Below, one piece after another: positions 19,101-27,051 of a stretch of 62,355 nucleotides of DNA. The position numbers and the translations under genes were made by a program. Origin of the DNA: a virus (Duplodnaviria; Caudoviricetes); IMG/VR virus record IMGVR_UViG_3300009499_000010, positions 1 through 62,355 of that record, one strand, 5' to 3'. The notes below the pieces were generated by a model that searched no databases, was not told the DNA's origin, and saw only the letters and a list, made by a program, of their open reading frames with translations. Each line of letters begins with the position of its first letter. Position 1 is the stretch's first letter.

Positions 19101-21410
19101 AACAAATTCCCGCAAGGCACAAAGGTTGTATTCGACCCAATGTGCGGCACAGCGTCTGTCTTAGTTGAGGCTGCAAGAAGAGGAATGGCAGTTGTTGGAA
19201 ACGACTTCAATCCATATGCCTATTTCTTTGCCAAAGGAATTTTTGAAGGCATTGGCCTTGACTCGGAAGATATGAAGGCGTTGCTTTTCCCGCCAGAGAG
19301 GGAAGGATGGTTCACGCTTCATTACAAAGGACAGCACCCGCAGAATAAAGTCTTGAGAGCGTTTGTGGACAGTGCTGTTCTCAATATCCAAGAGGCATTC
19401 AAAGGTAAGGAGAAGAAACACAACGCAGCAATGGCAGCTGTTGTCTCCTTCCTTGGGAGATTCTTCAGAGGCACGCACACAGGCATTGCTTCCAATTGGT
19501 ATTATCAGGATGTAGATAAGAGCAGAGCAATGCTGAGAAGCTCCATTCTTGAAGTGAATAACCTTATTCAGCAAATTGGCGGGAAGGGAACTATAACAAA
19601 TTTGGATGCATTCTCGATGGAAATTCCTGAGGCAGATGTTATTCTGCTTGACCCACCGATGCTGAAGAAAGGAATCTACAGGCCCGCACTCTCCGAGTAC
19701 AAGACGCGCAATTCAATCCTTATCCAAGACACATTCCGATACAACAAGAACTCAGCGAGAGATTTGGAGAGTTTGCTTGATAAGTTGGCGAAGAAGTGTA
19801 AGACTCTTGTTGTTGTCCCGGAAGATGAAAGTGAACTGGATTGGGAGAGCTTGCTTGCGAAGCGTAAGAAGAATGTCAAGAAATTCCAGATGTCCTACTT
19901 CAAGAAGATTCGCACACCAGGCGCAATCTCCTCTGTGAGCAAATCAAGGATTCAAAAGATGTTCTTGGCTGAGCAGGGTGACCCATATCTGCTCGTGCCG
20001 GATGAAGACAAGGCTCTCAAATATATGGTGCATCATCACTGGCGTGGAAAGGGCTGCCATGCCGATGTGAGATTTGATAGCAAGTTGAAAGGCATGCTCA
20101 TTGGTTGGACTCTTGACGACCTAATGCCTGGTATAGTTGCTGAGCCAGTCCTAACAGCCAAGGATGCTGTTCAAAAGGAAGCCAGCCCTGATAAGTATTT
20201 CAAGATAAACTGGAAGACAGGAATCTGGAAGAAGAGATTGAAAAAAGGCCAAACAACTCCTGTCAATGTTACAATAATGACGCAGAAGAAAGCGCCTGAG
20301 CCGATTGAGTGGATGACGTTTGAAGGAGTTGTCGAGCCAGGTCAGGTAGGAGCCACTAAGAATTTCCCAGGTGTATTTATTATAATAGATAAGGGCAAGA
20401 TTGAATACGGAGCGCAGAAACCATGGTCGCATGAATACTTCTTCAACGGGAAGGCGCTTGACTACAAGGTTGTGATGCGTCAACTGAAGGCAGATTTTGG
20501 TGAGGCGCTGAAAAAGGATAAGGCGCTCCAGCGGCATCTCATTCTTCATCCAGATTTGTTTGATGAAGAAGGTCTTGAAGAAAGCATCGGGGCAATGGAT
20601 AGGGAGCTGTTGGAATCTTTGCCTGATGAGCTGTTCAAAGATTGTTTTGTTGTTGAATCAAAGATGTTTATTGACAACTGCGAAGAGCAGCAAATCATCC
20701 CGCCATCAGAAGAGAAGGTATCAGGCGTCAAGTGGTTTACCATCAAGCCAATAGACCAGACGCCATATGTGCTCTCGGATGAAGCAGTGAAGAAAAAATG
20801 GATGCCGCCTTTGGGTAAGTCTGCTCTTCCGAAAGTCACGCGTGATGCTGTTCCAACGACGCTGAAGTATTGGAACGCAAAGAAACCAACAGAAGCGATG
20901 ATGATGCGTGATGAGTTGGTTGAGCTGCTGAAGAAAGATGAGATTGATTTGCCGAAGTATGACGAGCAGTTGAAGGAAGCGCAGCAAGGCAGGTACGTTC
21001 TCAACTACCATTGGTTTGCGAAAATAGGGCAGAAGAAGAGAGCAGGAGCCAGCGAGTTTCATTTTGACCTATTCCTGCTTGACGGGAAGAAGGAACACTT
21101 TGAGCTTGACCTTGACCCGCTGGAGCATGATACAGTCTCAGCTCATTCCCCAGATAAGGACATGGCACACGATGAGAAGTTGACTGGATTCATCAAGCCA
21201 GGAACCATACCAGGCAATCCTACAAAAGAAACTGGCTCATGGATTGAACCATGGGCAAGCGGCAAAATGCTTGTGCTCGACAGTAAACCTGATTTCAAAA
21301 AGATAAGATTCAGCGGAAAGTTAGAAGGCGTCTGGGTATTCAAAAGAGAGAGCCCAGAAGCGGATTTTTGGCAGGTAGAGAAGAGCCAAGCAGCTCCAGT
21401 CACGACGTAA
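16173..21410 (+). CDS. 1745-aa multi-enzyme protein: NTase, ATP-dependent DNA ligase, MBL-fold hydrolase, ASCH-like, adenine MTase-like, LigD-type 3'-phosphoesterase (x2)
   Basis: GS...DID; EKKYDG, LDAE, FELLYLDG, EGAIIK; THAHPDH; YLVPPHG; DPMCG...DPPM; HHHWRGKGCHADVRF...WMTFEG...IDKG; second YHWF...HFDL. Confidence 0.85.
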   Translation: MELAKVSPQSLRKESNSALLNMHYHTHMLYEWWKKGRDIPIEDVKKAHDLIVDEFVKREMEKEGEHRSPMALQEQDLAKVYPSGEKKGKKITLKSLPKFGDFYLGDRFISLVGSLPNNGETENDIDFLIAWPEDAPDEITRPIKFRLWRQFQDPKLQARCSFHLDSFHGPFTNSVPLYRLKCERINHDMDVILAALKREPTAMAQAGQSKKADKIEPRRFFYPQKAIKALAIRKKLKGPWDYSEAVKEAAAMLPVVAEKKYDGMRIILNKDNGWVRIMTDGGTDVTSRLPMLVAQLKKIPHKSFVLDAELEWWEDGVHQPREEVAAALMSKEELDESWLIANVFELLYLDGKDLHNLPWGERHEQLKKFPIKREQLEFKADDEMLNRVPSLIAEKEADLAKHIKTVSEAKASEGAIIKSATAPYPLTGATKHMVKAKKYATVFGKVIKRNPTKVATVFNYDYAIRIPEAKVDPASVIEIGGKKYSRTGTSYSTTEKLNPGDVFALSFHTVNKYTDPETGKVSVHFYEPVYDGKVARTEPNTLAEVETIAKDAGLIGYKEGKQTFRENAETIFLKFLGTKGEIEEESPGHKRHTAVQVVHLDHGGLIDFGETWKGKLDTVRTAAEGSIRWIALTHAHPDHVGGLEGEEIDIPVYMTAETDKLLPKDKYPMKNRIIVKEGKKVEVAPGWDLTAISVEHSSKAPTVGFKLAIPNKEDKSYTIGYFPDVADLDERDLRGIDLYIGDGASPTRPILRGQSPEGEDVGHASMKQQLKWCQDMGVHSAAFIHQGKQSVETDDQKIIDLLQQAFPNKEILLPDDGEVLALPEHAVKDGVYLVPPHGELFWNGEKDLLIKAKEFHILSQHPHFLASDLVYGIIKFKPPEKITLAEFAKLRNRHQISEAERKKWWPDKDELYAYEIESFFPWHTPKKYQYIKGAQTIIKNLQLVETAKRNIMFASTEELKEVAYIHSRKKFAGSIVNKFPQGTKVVFDPMCGTASVLVEAARRGMAVVGNDFNPYAYFFAKGIFEGIGLDSEDMKALLFPPEREGWFTLHYKGQHPQNKVLRAFVDSAVLNIQEAFKGKEKKHNAAMAAVVSFLGRFFRGTHTGIASNWYYQDVDKSRAMLRSSILEVNNLIQQIGGKGTITNLDAFSMEIPEADVILLDPPMLKKGIYRPALSEYKTRNSILIQDTFRYNKNSARDLESLLDKLAKKCKTLVVVPEDESELDWESLLAKRKKNVKKFQMSYFKKIRTPGAISSVSKSRIQKMFLAEQGDPYLLVPDEDKALKYMVHHHWRGKGCHADVRFDSKLKGMLIGWTLDDLMPGIVAEPVLTAKDAVQKEASPDKYFKINWKTGIWKKRLKKGQTTPVNVTIMTQKKAPEPIEWMTFEGVVEPGQVGATKNFPGVFIIIDKGKIEYGAQKPWSHEYFFNGKALDYKVVMRQLKADFGEALKKDKALQRHLILHPDLFDEEGLEESIGAMDRELLESLPDELFKDCFVVESKMFIDNCEEQQIIPPSEEKVSGVKWFTIKPIDQTPYVLSDEAVKKKWMPPLGKSALPKVTRDAVPTTLKYWNAKKPTEAMMMRDELVELLKKDEIDLPKYDEQLKEAQQGRYVLNYHWFAKIGQKKRAGASEFHFDLFLLDGKKEHFELDLDPLEHDTVSAHSPDKDMAHDEKLTGFIKPGTIPGNPTKETGSWIEPWASGKMLVLDSKPDFKKIRFSGKLEGVWVFKRESPEADFWQVEKSQAAPVTT

Positions 21411-21425
21411 AAAAGAAAGGAGAAT

Positions 21426-24026
21426 GTGGTGAAGTTTACTGAACTGTTGACAGAGGCATCTGTCCTATTGATTGAGAAAGGGGGTGAGCAGGGAAGAGTA
21501 TGGGATGTTGTTCTGATTGATGTTGGTCTTTCTTTGAACAACAAGTTCTATCCGAAAGAGGTGTTGTCTGGGGCAAAGGACTTATTTGAGGGAAGTCAGT
21601 GTTTTGCCTATGAATTCAAGGCAGGAGCGCACGACAAGAATTACAACCACCTGCCTTGGAGAGTCAGACAAGTCATGCCAGATGGCCTTGCGCGCAATTT
21701 GGTTGGCGACTTCCGCAACGTTAGGTTTGGGGAATACACCTCACCAGAGGGAGACAAACGTCATGGGCTCCTTGCGGAGTTCCATTGCATTGAGGATTGG
21801 CTTCGACAGAAACTTGTCAATGCTTACAACAGCGGGAATCCGAGTATGCTTGGATTTTCAATTGATGCTGAAGGAATTGTTACAGACTATCCGCACAAAG
21901 GCCGGATAGTCAAGAAGGTAGTAAGCATTGAGAAAGTTCACGAAGTGACCGCTGTTACCAGCCCTGCGGCTGGTGGGAAGATTTTGCGTTTGGTTGCTTC
22001 AATAGAAGGAGCAGAAGTTATGGAAGAGCTGAAGAAAAAGCTCAAGGAGTTGTTCAGCAAGAACTTCCTGGAAGGGAAGTTGCTTGAGGGCATTGGAGAG
22101 CTGACCGAAGAGAAGATGGTTGAGCTTGTTGACAAGGCAGTCGAGAAGGCCGAAGAAGACAAGGAGCTGGTTGAGCAGTCCAAGCTACCTATCATTCTCC
22201 GTGCCCTGCGTGATGCGCTGAAAGGTGGCGACACCAAGAAGGCCATGACGATGGTTGACGACCTTATCAGCAACCTTGCCAAGTATCCTTATCCAGCGCC
22301 AGCAAAGGCTGCGGACATGATGGATAAGAAAAAGAAGTATCCTTATCCCAGCCCGGTGAAAGCCGGAGAAGGCAATGACGACAACAAGGGTAAGGTTGAC
22401 CCTGAGGCAGTCAAGAAGATGCAGGAGCAGCTGAAGAAGCTGGAAGAAGAAGAGGCAGAGAAGGCCAGAGTTGCCGATATCAAAAAGCTCATCTCGGAAG
22501 CTAAGTTGAGCAATGCCCAAAAGGCAGAACTTGAGACGGCTTGCGAGAAGGTTTCTGTTGAGGAAACCAAGAAGCTGGTTGAGAAGGCGCTCAAGGGCAA
22601 AGACCTTGCCGAAGATGAGACAGTGAAGGGCCTGAAAGAATCTGTCGCCAAGCTGCAAGAAGATGCCAAGAAAGACAGAGATGAGCTTCAGAAGATTCGC
22701 AAGGAAGAGCAGAAGGCGAAAGTCAAACTGCTCATCACCGAATCCAAGCTGCCCAAGCCTTTCCAGGAAAAGCTCGCAGAGCAGTTGGCTGAATCAAATG
22801 TTGAGGTAGCCACGAAACTCATCGAGTCTGAAAGAAAAGCTCTTGCTGCGATTGAGCAGTCAGTGGGCAGCGGCATAGCCGTTGCCAGGGCTGAGCTTCA
22901 GGAAAGCGAGAGAGACAAGTTCCAGCTGTCGATGGACGCAATGCTCGGCGTGCCTGTTGAGGGCAACGTTGCTCCGTTCAGAGGGATACAGCACGCATTC
23001 GCTGTAATCACTGGAAGGAGAGACTTTGAGGTCAGAGATGTGCTGGCTGAGGCTGTGATGTTTGTTCCTTCCTATATGAAGGAAGGGCAAGGCAGGAGCA
23101 GAGTGCTTGAGTCCCTCAAGACTTCAGACTTTGCGGAAATCCTTGGCGACTCAATCCACCGCAGAATGGTGCGGGAATACAAACTTGATGACCTGAATAC
23201 CTGGCGACAGCTCGTGTCAGAAATCAGCAACATCAAGGACTTCCGTGTCAATCCGCGCATGAGGATGGGTGGCTATGGAACGCTGCCGGAAGTTCCTGAG
23301 CAGGGAACTTACCAACCGCTGACTTCACCTACTGACGAGCAGGCAACCTTCCAAATCAAGAAACGTGGCGGTTTGGAAGACTTGACGATGGAGATGATTG
23401 CGAATGACGACATCGGCGCTCTGAAGAAGATTCCCATAAAACTCGGAAGAGCTGCTGTTCTGACTCTCTATCGCACCATCTTCGACATCCTCAGACTCAA
23501 CCCCACCATCTATGACACCAAGACACTGTTCCACGCTGACCACGCGAACACAGACACCAAGGTGCTGAGTTCTGATAACCTGATGCTTGTCAGGAAGGCC
23601 ATGCAGAAGCAGCAGCCTTACGGGCAGTCTGACGAGTTCTTGGGCATGATGAATGTTCCAGCACGTCTGGTTATTCCGCCAGACCTTGAGGATGTTGCAT
23701 TCCAGCTGCTGAAGTCAGCTGTGGAGGTTATCTCCAACAAGGATGCAACAGTTCCGAACATTCACTCAACATATCTCAAGGGCTACATCGTAGTGCCTTA
23801 CTGGACTGATGCAACAGACTGGGTTGCGGTAGCTGACCCCGCCATGATTAACACAATTGAGGTTGGGTTCTATCAAGGCAAGCAAGACCCAGAGCTGTTC
23901 GTTCAAGACCAGCCGAATGTAGGGTCAGTTTTCACAGCTGACAAAATAACCTACAAGATAAGGCACATCTGGGGCTTTGCTGTCCTGGATTACAGAGGAT
24001 TCTACAAGAACGTGGCGGCTGGATAG
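21426..24026 (+). CDS. Prohead protease - scaffold - major capsid protein (Mu gpT-like) fusion
   Basis: N-terminal SLNNKFYP, NH, GFSI, VTSPAAGG protease motifs; charged coiled-coil middle; capsid motifs IANDD.GAL, TLFHADHAN, LVIPPDLE, YKIRHIWG...LDYRG. Confidence 0.9.
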   Translation: MVKFTELLTEASVLLIEKGGEQGRVWDVVLIDVGLSLNNKFYPKEVLSGAKDLFEGSQCFAYEFKAGAHDKNYNHLPWRVRQVMPDGLARNLVGDFRNVRFGEYTSPEGDKRHGLLAEFHCIEDWLRQKLVNAYNSGNPSMLGFSIDAEGIVTDYPHKGRIVKKVVSIEKVHEVTAVTSPAAGGKILRLVASIEGAEVMEELKKKLKELFSKNFLEGKLLEGIGELTEEKMVELVDKAVEKAEEDKELVEQSKLPIILRALRDALKGGDTKKAMTMVDDLISNLAKYPYPAPAKAADMMDKKKKYPYPSPVKAGEGNDDNKGKVDPEAVKKMQEQLKKLEEEEAEKARVADIKKLISEAKLSNAQKAELETACEKVSVEETKKLVEKALKGKDLAEDETVKGLKESVAKLQEDAKKDRDELQKIRKEEQKAKVKLLITESKLPKPFQEKLAEQLAESNVEVATKLIESERKALAAIEQSVGSGIAVARAELQESERDKFQLSMDAMLGVPVEGNVAPFRGIQHAFAVITGRRDFEVRDVLAEAVMFVPSYMKEGQGRSRVLESLKTSDFAEILGDSIHRRMVREYKLDDLNTWRQLVSEISNIKDFRVNPRMRMGGYGTLPEVPEQGTYQPLTSPTDEQATFQIKKRGGLEDLTMEMIANDDIGALKKIPIKLGRAAVLTLYRTIFDILRLNPTIYDTKTLFHADHANTDTKVLSSDNLMLVRKAMQKQQPYGQSDEFLGMMNVPARLVIPPDLEDVAFQLLKSAVEVISNKDATVPNIHSTYLKGYIVVPYWTDATDWVAVADPAMINTIEVGFYQGKQDPELFVQDQPNVGSVFTADKITYKIRHIWGFAVLDYRGFYKNVAAG

Positions 24027-24036
24027 GAGAGTCAGC

Positions 24037-24067
24037 AGGGGAGAGAGGGCAGATGCCTTCTCTCCTT
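24037..24067 (+). terminator. Stem-loop after capsid gene (terminator or mRNA stabiliser)
   Basis: GGAGAGAGGGCA-GA-TGCCTTCTCTCC imperfect stem; U tract weak. Confidence 0.5.
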
Positions 24068-24124
24068 CCGACTGTTCTTGTGTGGTGGTTTTGGTCTTTG
24101 AAGTCTTTGGTAGGAGTAAGTTAG

Positions 24125-24556
24125 ATGGGGAAAGAAGCATTGTATGATATTCCTGGCCTTCACAAGAAGGTGGTCAGGATACCGGAGACAGCGGCTGGCA
24201 CAGACAAGCAGTATCCGCTGTTCAAGGCAGGTGATGACATTGAGGTAAAAGAAGTCAATCTCATCCCTGATGCAGCTCTGGCTGGGGTGGACGACAACAA
24301 CTTCACCGCAAAGGTGATGAATGTCGGCGCTCTCGGTGTTGGGACAACCGAAGTTGCTACAGGGCCTGAGCAGTTAGCTGCTGCTGACTGGGTGGCCCTG
24401 AAGCCCGTTGCTCTGACAGTCAGCGCTACTCTGGCCAATCGCCAGGTGGCAGCTGGAGAAGTCCTGGTATACAAAAGTGACCAGAAGGGCACAGGACTTA
24501 TTGACCCGGTCAAGGCTGTCGAGGTCTTGTACCAGTACAAGAAACCAGCTATATAG
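24125..24556 (+). CDS. Putative capsid decoration/cement protein
   Basis: Beta-rich 143 aa directly after capsid gene; paralog at 9700. Confidence 0.65.
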   Translation: MGKEALYDIPGLHKKVVRIPETAAGTDKQYPLFKAGDDIEVKEVNLIPDAALAGVDDNNFTAKVMNVGALGVGTTEVATGPEQLAAADWVALKPVALTVSATLANRQVAAGEVLVYKSDQKGTGLIDPVKAVEVLYQYKKPAI

Positions 24557-24565
24557 AAGGAGACA

Positions 24566-24615
24566 AAGGAGAGCTTCATTGCTCTCCTTCAAGGACTCTT
24601 GCTGAGAGTCTTTGA
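24566..24615 (+). promoter_or_regulatory. Two adjacent hairpins between head genes
   Basis: AAGGAGAGC/GCTCTCCTT and TCAAGGACTCT/AGAGTCTTTGA. Confidence 0.5.
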
Positions 24616-24662
24616 CAAGAGAGCAAAGAGTATAAGTTTGGTTAAAAGGGGAAGGAAAGGAG

Positions 24663-25025
24663 TTGGATGTGGGGCAGCAAACCAAGAGTGTGAGTACAGT
24701 TCTCCCTGTCGCATCAAGGGCAGTAGGTGCAGGAGTTAGCAATCCAATCCTCATAGGCGCCATCGACAAGGATGCGTCTCAAGTCTTTGTCGAGATTACT
24801 GACAAAGGAGCAGCAGGCACATTGGATGTGAAACTTCAGGATGCATGGATAGACGATGCGAACAAGTATTCAAACACAGGTGATGAATCTTTGGCCTTGG
24901 CAGCAGCTGCCATCACACATGTCCCGCCAAACGCTGTGCGCGGGAAGTATATGAGAATTGCATACGAAGTGAAGGTCAACGCAGTTGTGTTTGGCATCCA
25001 TCTTGTGAAAGCTGAACTGCATTAG
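24663..25025 (+). CDS. Small beta-rich virion protein
   Basis: GTLDVKLQD...KYMRIAYEV pattern seen in head-associated proteins; start uncertain. Confidence 0.6.
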   Translation: MDVGQQTKSVSTVLPVASRAVGAGVSNPILIGAIDKDASQVFVEITDKGAAGTLDVKLQDAWIDDANKYSNTGDESLALAAAAITHVPPNAVRGKYMRIAYEVKVNAVVFGIHLVKAELH

Positions 25026-25056
25026 TTGTCGGGCATCTAACTGAAAGAAGGAAGTC

Positions 25057-26043
25057 ATGGCAACTTTGGAAGAAATTAAAGAGAAGATAGCAACGCTCAT
25101 CAAGGATTCTGACCAGAAACTTGAGCCAGATGACATCGAGAATTGCATCGCTCAAGCAGCAGAGCACTTCAACAAGGAGATTCCAAGAAAGGCAGTTCAG
25201 AAAGTTACACCAACTGATTCCAGTGCAATCTTCCAACTGCCAGATGATTGGGATGAGGATTTCTCGGAGTTGCGTGCCATAGAATTTCCAACAGACCAAG
25301 CCCCACGTACATTCCTTCTCGCGCATGATGATTATGAGATTGCGGAGAATGAGATGTCGGTTTTGGAGTCTGGCGATGTAGACAATAAGCTGGACAACTG
25401 GAACTTGAGCGGTATCGTCTTTGGTTTCAATACAGATGCAAGCCGGAAGCTGTATGTGACTCTTACAGATTCAGCCGGAACTCGGAAAGTTGAAATCTTC
25501 AGCGACTCGGCAAAAGCAGATGAAAACAAAGTTGCGGAAGGGACAAAAATTGGCGACGGGACTTTGACGCTCATAGAGAAAAGAAATTCAGGGCTCTCTG
25601 GAACAGTTGACGTCGCCTATTCAAACGGTGAAGAGGTTGTCTTGACTGCATATGATAGAGTGCTCCAATTCCAGTCTGCCCCAGGAGCCAACAACGCATT
25701 CAGGATTCTCTACACCAAGAGAGTGAAAGGTGTCAGCAGCTTTGAACTTGCGAAGATTCCAGGCCGATTGGTTGAGCCGTTTGTTCAACTCTGTGCTCAT
25801 TACTGCGCCAAGGCTCTTGCCTTCTATTATGCGAATACATCAACACCATCCCTTGAAGGCGACATAGTTGACTACAGAACAAAGTCAGAGGAGTATAGAG
25901 AATTGGCAGACACAACTCTCGCAAACTGGGAGAAGGTTGCGCTTGAAGCTGGTAGAAGAGAGTTGGCTTATGGCGAGAAGGATTTGGATATAGACTTTGC
26001 TTGGGGAGAAGAGAAATTGTTTCATCTGAGGCGGCATAGATAA
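25057..26043 (+). CDS. Head-tail adaptor-like protein with one inserted ~95-aa repeat domain
   Basis: Helical N- and C-termini typical of connectors; insert at 25366-25650. Confidence 0.7.
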   Translation: MATLEEIKEKIATLIKDSDQKLEPDDIENCIAQAAEHFNKEIPRKAVQKVTPTDSSAIFQLPDDWDEDFSELRAIEFPTDQAPRTFLLAHDDYEIAENEMSVLESGDVDNKLDNWNLSGIVFGFNTDASRKLYVTLTDSAGTRKVEIFSDSAKADENKVAEGTKIGDGTLTLIEKRNSGLSGTVDVAYSNGEEVVLTAYDRVLQFQSAPGANNAFRILYTKRVKGVSSFELAKIPGRLVEPFVQLCAHYCAKALAFYYANTSTPSLEGDIVDYRTKSEEYRELADTTLANWEKVALEAGRRELAYGEKDLDIDFAWGEEKLFHLRRHR

Positions 26044-26044
26044 C

Positions 26045-26548
26045 ATGGCATTCAAACTTGACATTAAGGTAACTTCCAAAGGTCAGATAGCAAAGGGCAC
26101 AGCTCCAGGGAAATTTCTCAGGGCAATTGCCGATGCGCTTAATGAAGGCGGATTGTATATTGAGCAAGAGGTTGCGAAAGGCACGCCTGTCAACCGTGGA
26201 CATCTTCGTGGTTCCATTTCGCATAGTGTAAAAGGTGCTGGCACTTCTTGGGCTTATGGTCGTGTATTCTCTCCTCTCGAATATGCTAAGCCAGTCGAAG
26301 AGGGTCAGACGCCACATTGGCCACCGCTCAACCCAATAGTTCGATGGGCAAAAAGAAAGCTGAAATTGAAAAAGAAACAGAGATACATAGTGGCCACCAA
26401 AATAGCCCTGAAGATTTTTCAGGTCGGGACTTTGCCTGTGCATATGTTCAAGAAAGTTGCAAAGGCAAGCAAGACAGCAAGAGTTCTACGGAGAATTTTT
26501 GAGAAGCACACAAAGAAGTTTGTGAGTAAAATGAAACCAAAGTCATGA
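26045..26548 (+). CDS. HK97 gp10-like neck/tail completion protein
   Basis: TPVNRGHLRGSI...EYAKPVEEG..PHWPP. Confidence 0.8.
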   Translation: MAFKLDIKVTSKGQIAKGTAPGKFLRAIADALNEGGLYIEQEVAKGTPVNRGHLRGSISHSVKGAGTSWAYGRVFSPLEYAKPVEEGQTPHWPPLNPIVRWAKRKLKLKKKQRYIVATKIALKIFQVGTLPVHMFKKVAKASKTARVLRRIFEKHTKKFVSKMKPKS

Positions 26549-26555
26549 GGTCGAT

Positions 26556-27035
26556 ATGTCCGAATGGGTTGAAGGTAAACTTGAAGAAATCCAGGCAGTG
26601 CTTGGGGCAATCACAGAGTTAGACCATGTGTACAAGCGCAGCCGTTGGAGCAATGACCCAGCTGTTGTGAAGAAATTGTTTGCTGAGATTTTATCTGGGA
26701 AGAGACAGAGAATCAACACATGGATGATAGGAAGAGAAGGGGTGGTGGAGAATGGCCCATTGGCGCAGGTCAGATACATCGCAGTTCATACGTTTTTAAT
26801 AAAAGGATACTTGAGCTTCAATGACGAGAAAGATACAGAGACAGAGTTGAACGTCATGATAGACTTGATAAGGACTGCTCTGCGTGGCAACCAAACCATC
26901 TGGAATGTTTGCTCTGAAATTGTACAAGAGACTCCGCAAGTTAGGCTTGTAGGCTATGCTTTCTTTGGAGAGATATTCTGCAATTATTGCGAAATTGCGC
27001 TTGAGGTTGAAGAACATAACTTTGTAACTTATTAG
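26556..27035 (+). CDS. Putative tail terminator
   Basis: Size and position between gp10-like and tube genes. Confidence 0.55.
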   Translation: MSEWVEGKLEEIQAVLGAITELDHVYKRSRWSNDPAVVKKLFAEILSGKRQRINTWMIGREGVVENGPLAQVRYIAVHTFLIKGYLSFNDEKDTETELNVMIDLIRTALRGNQTIWNVCSEIVQETPQVRLVGYAFFGEIFCNYCEIALEVEEHNFVTY

Positions 27036-27051
27036 TGGAAGGAGTGGAAGA

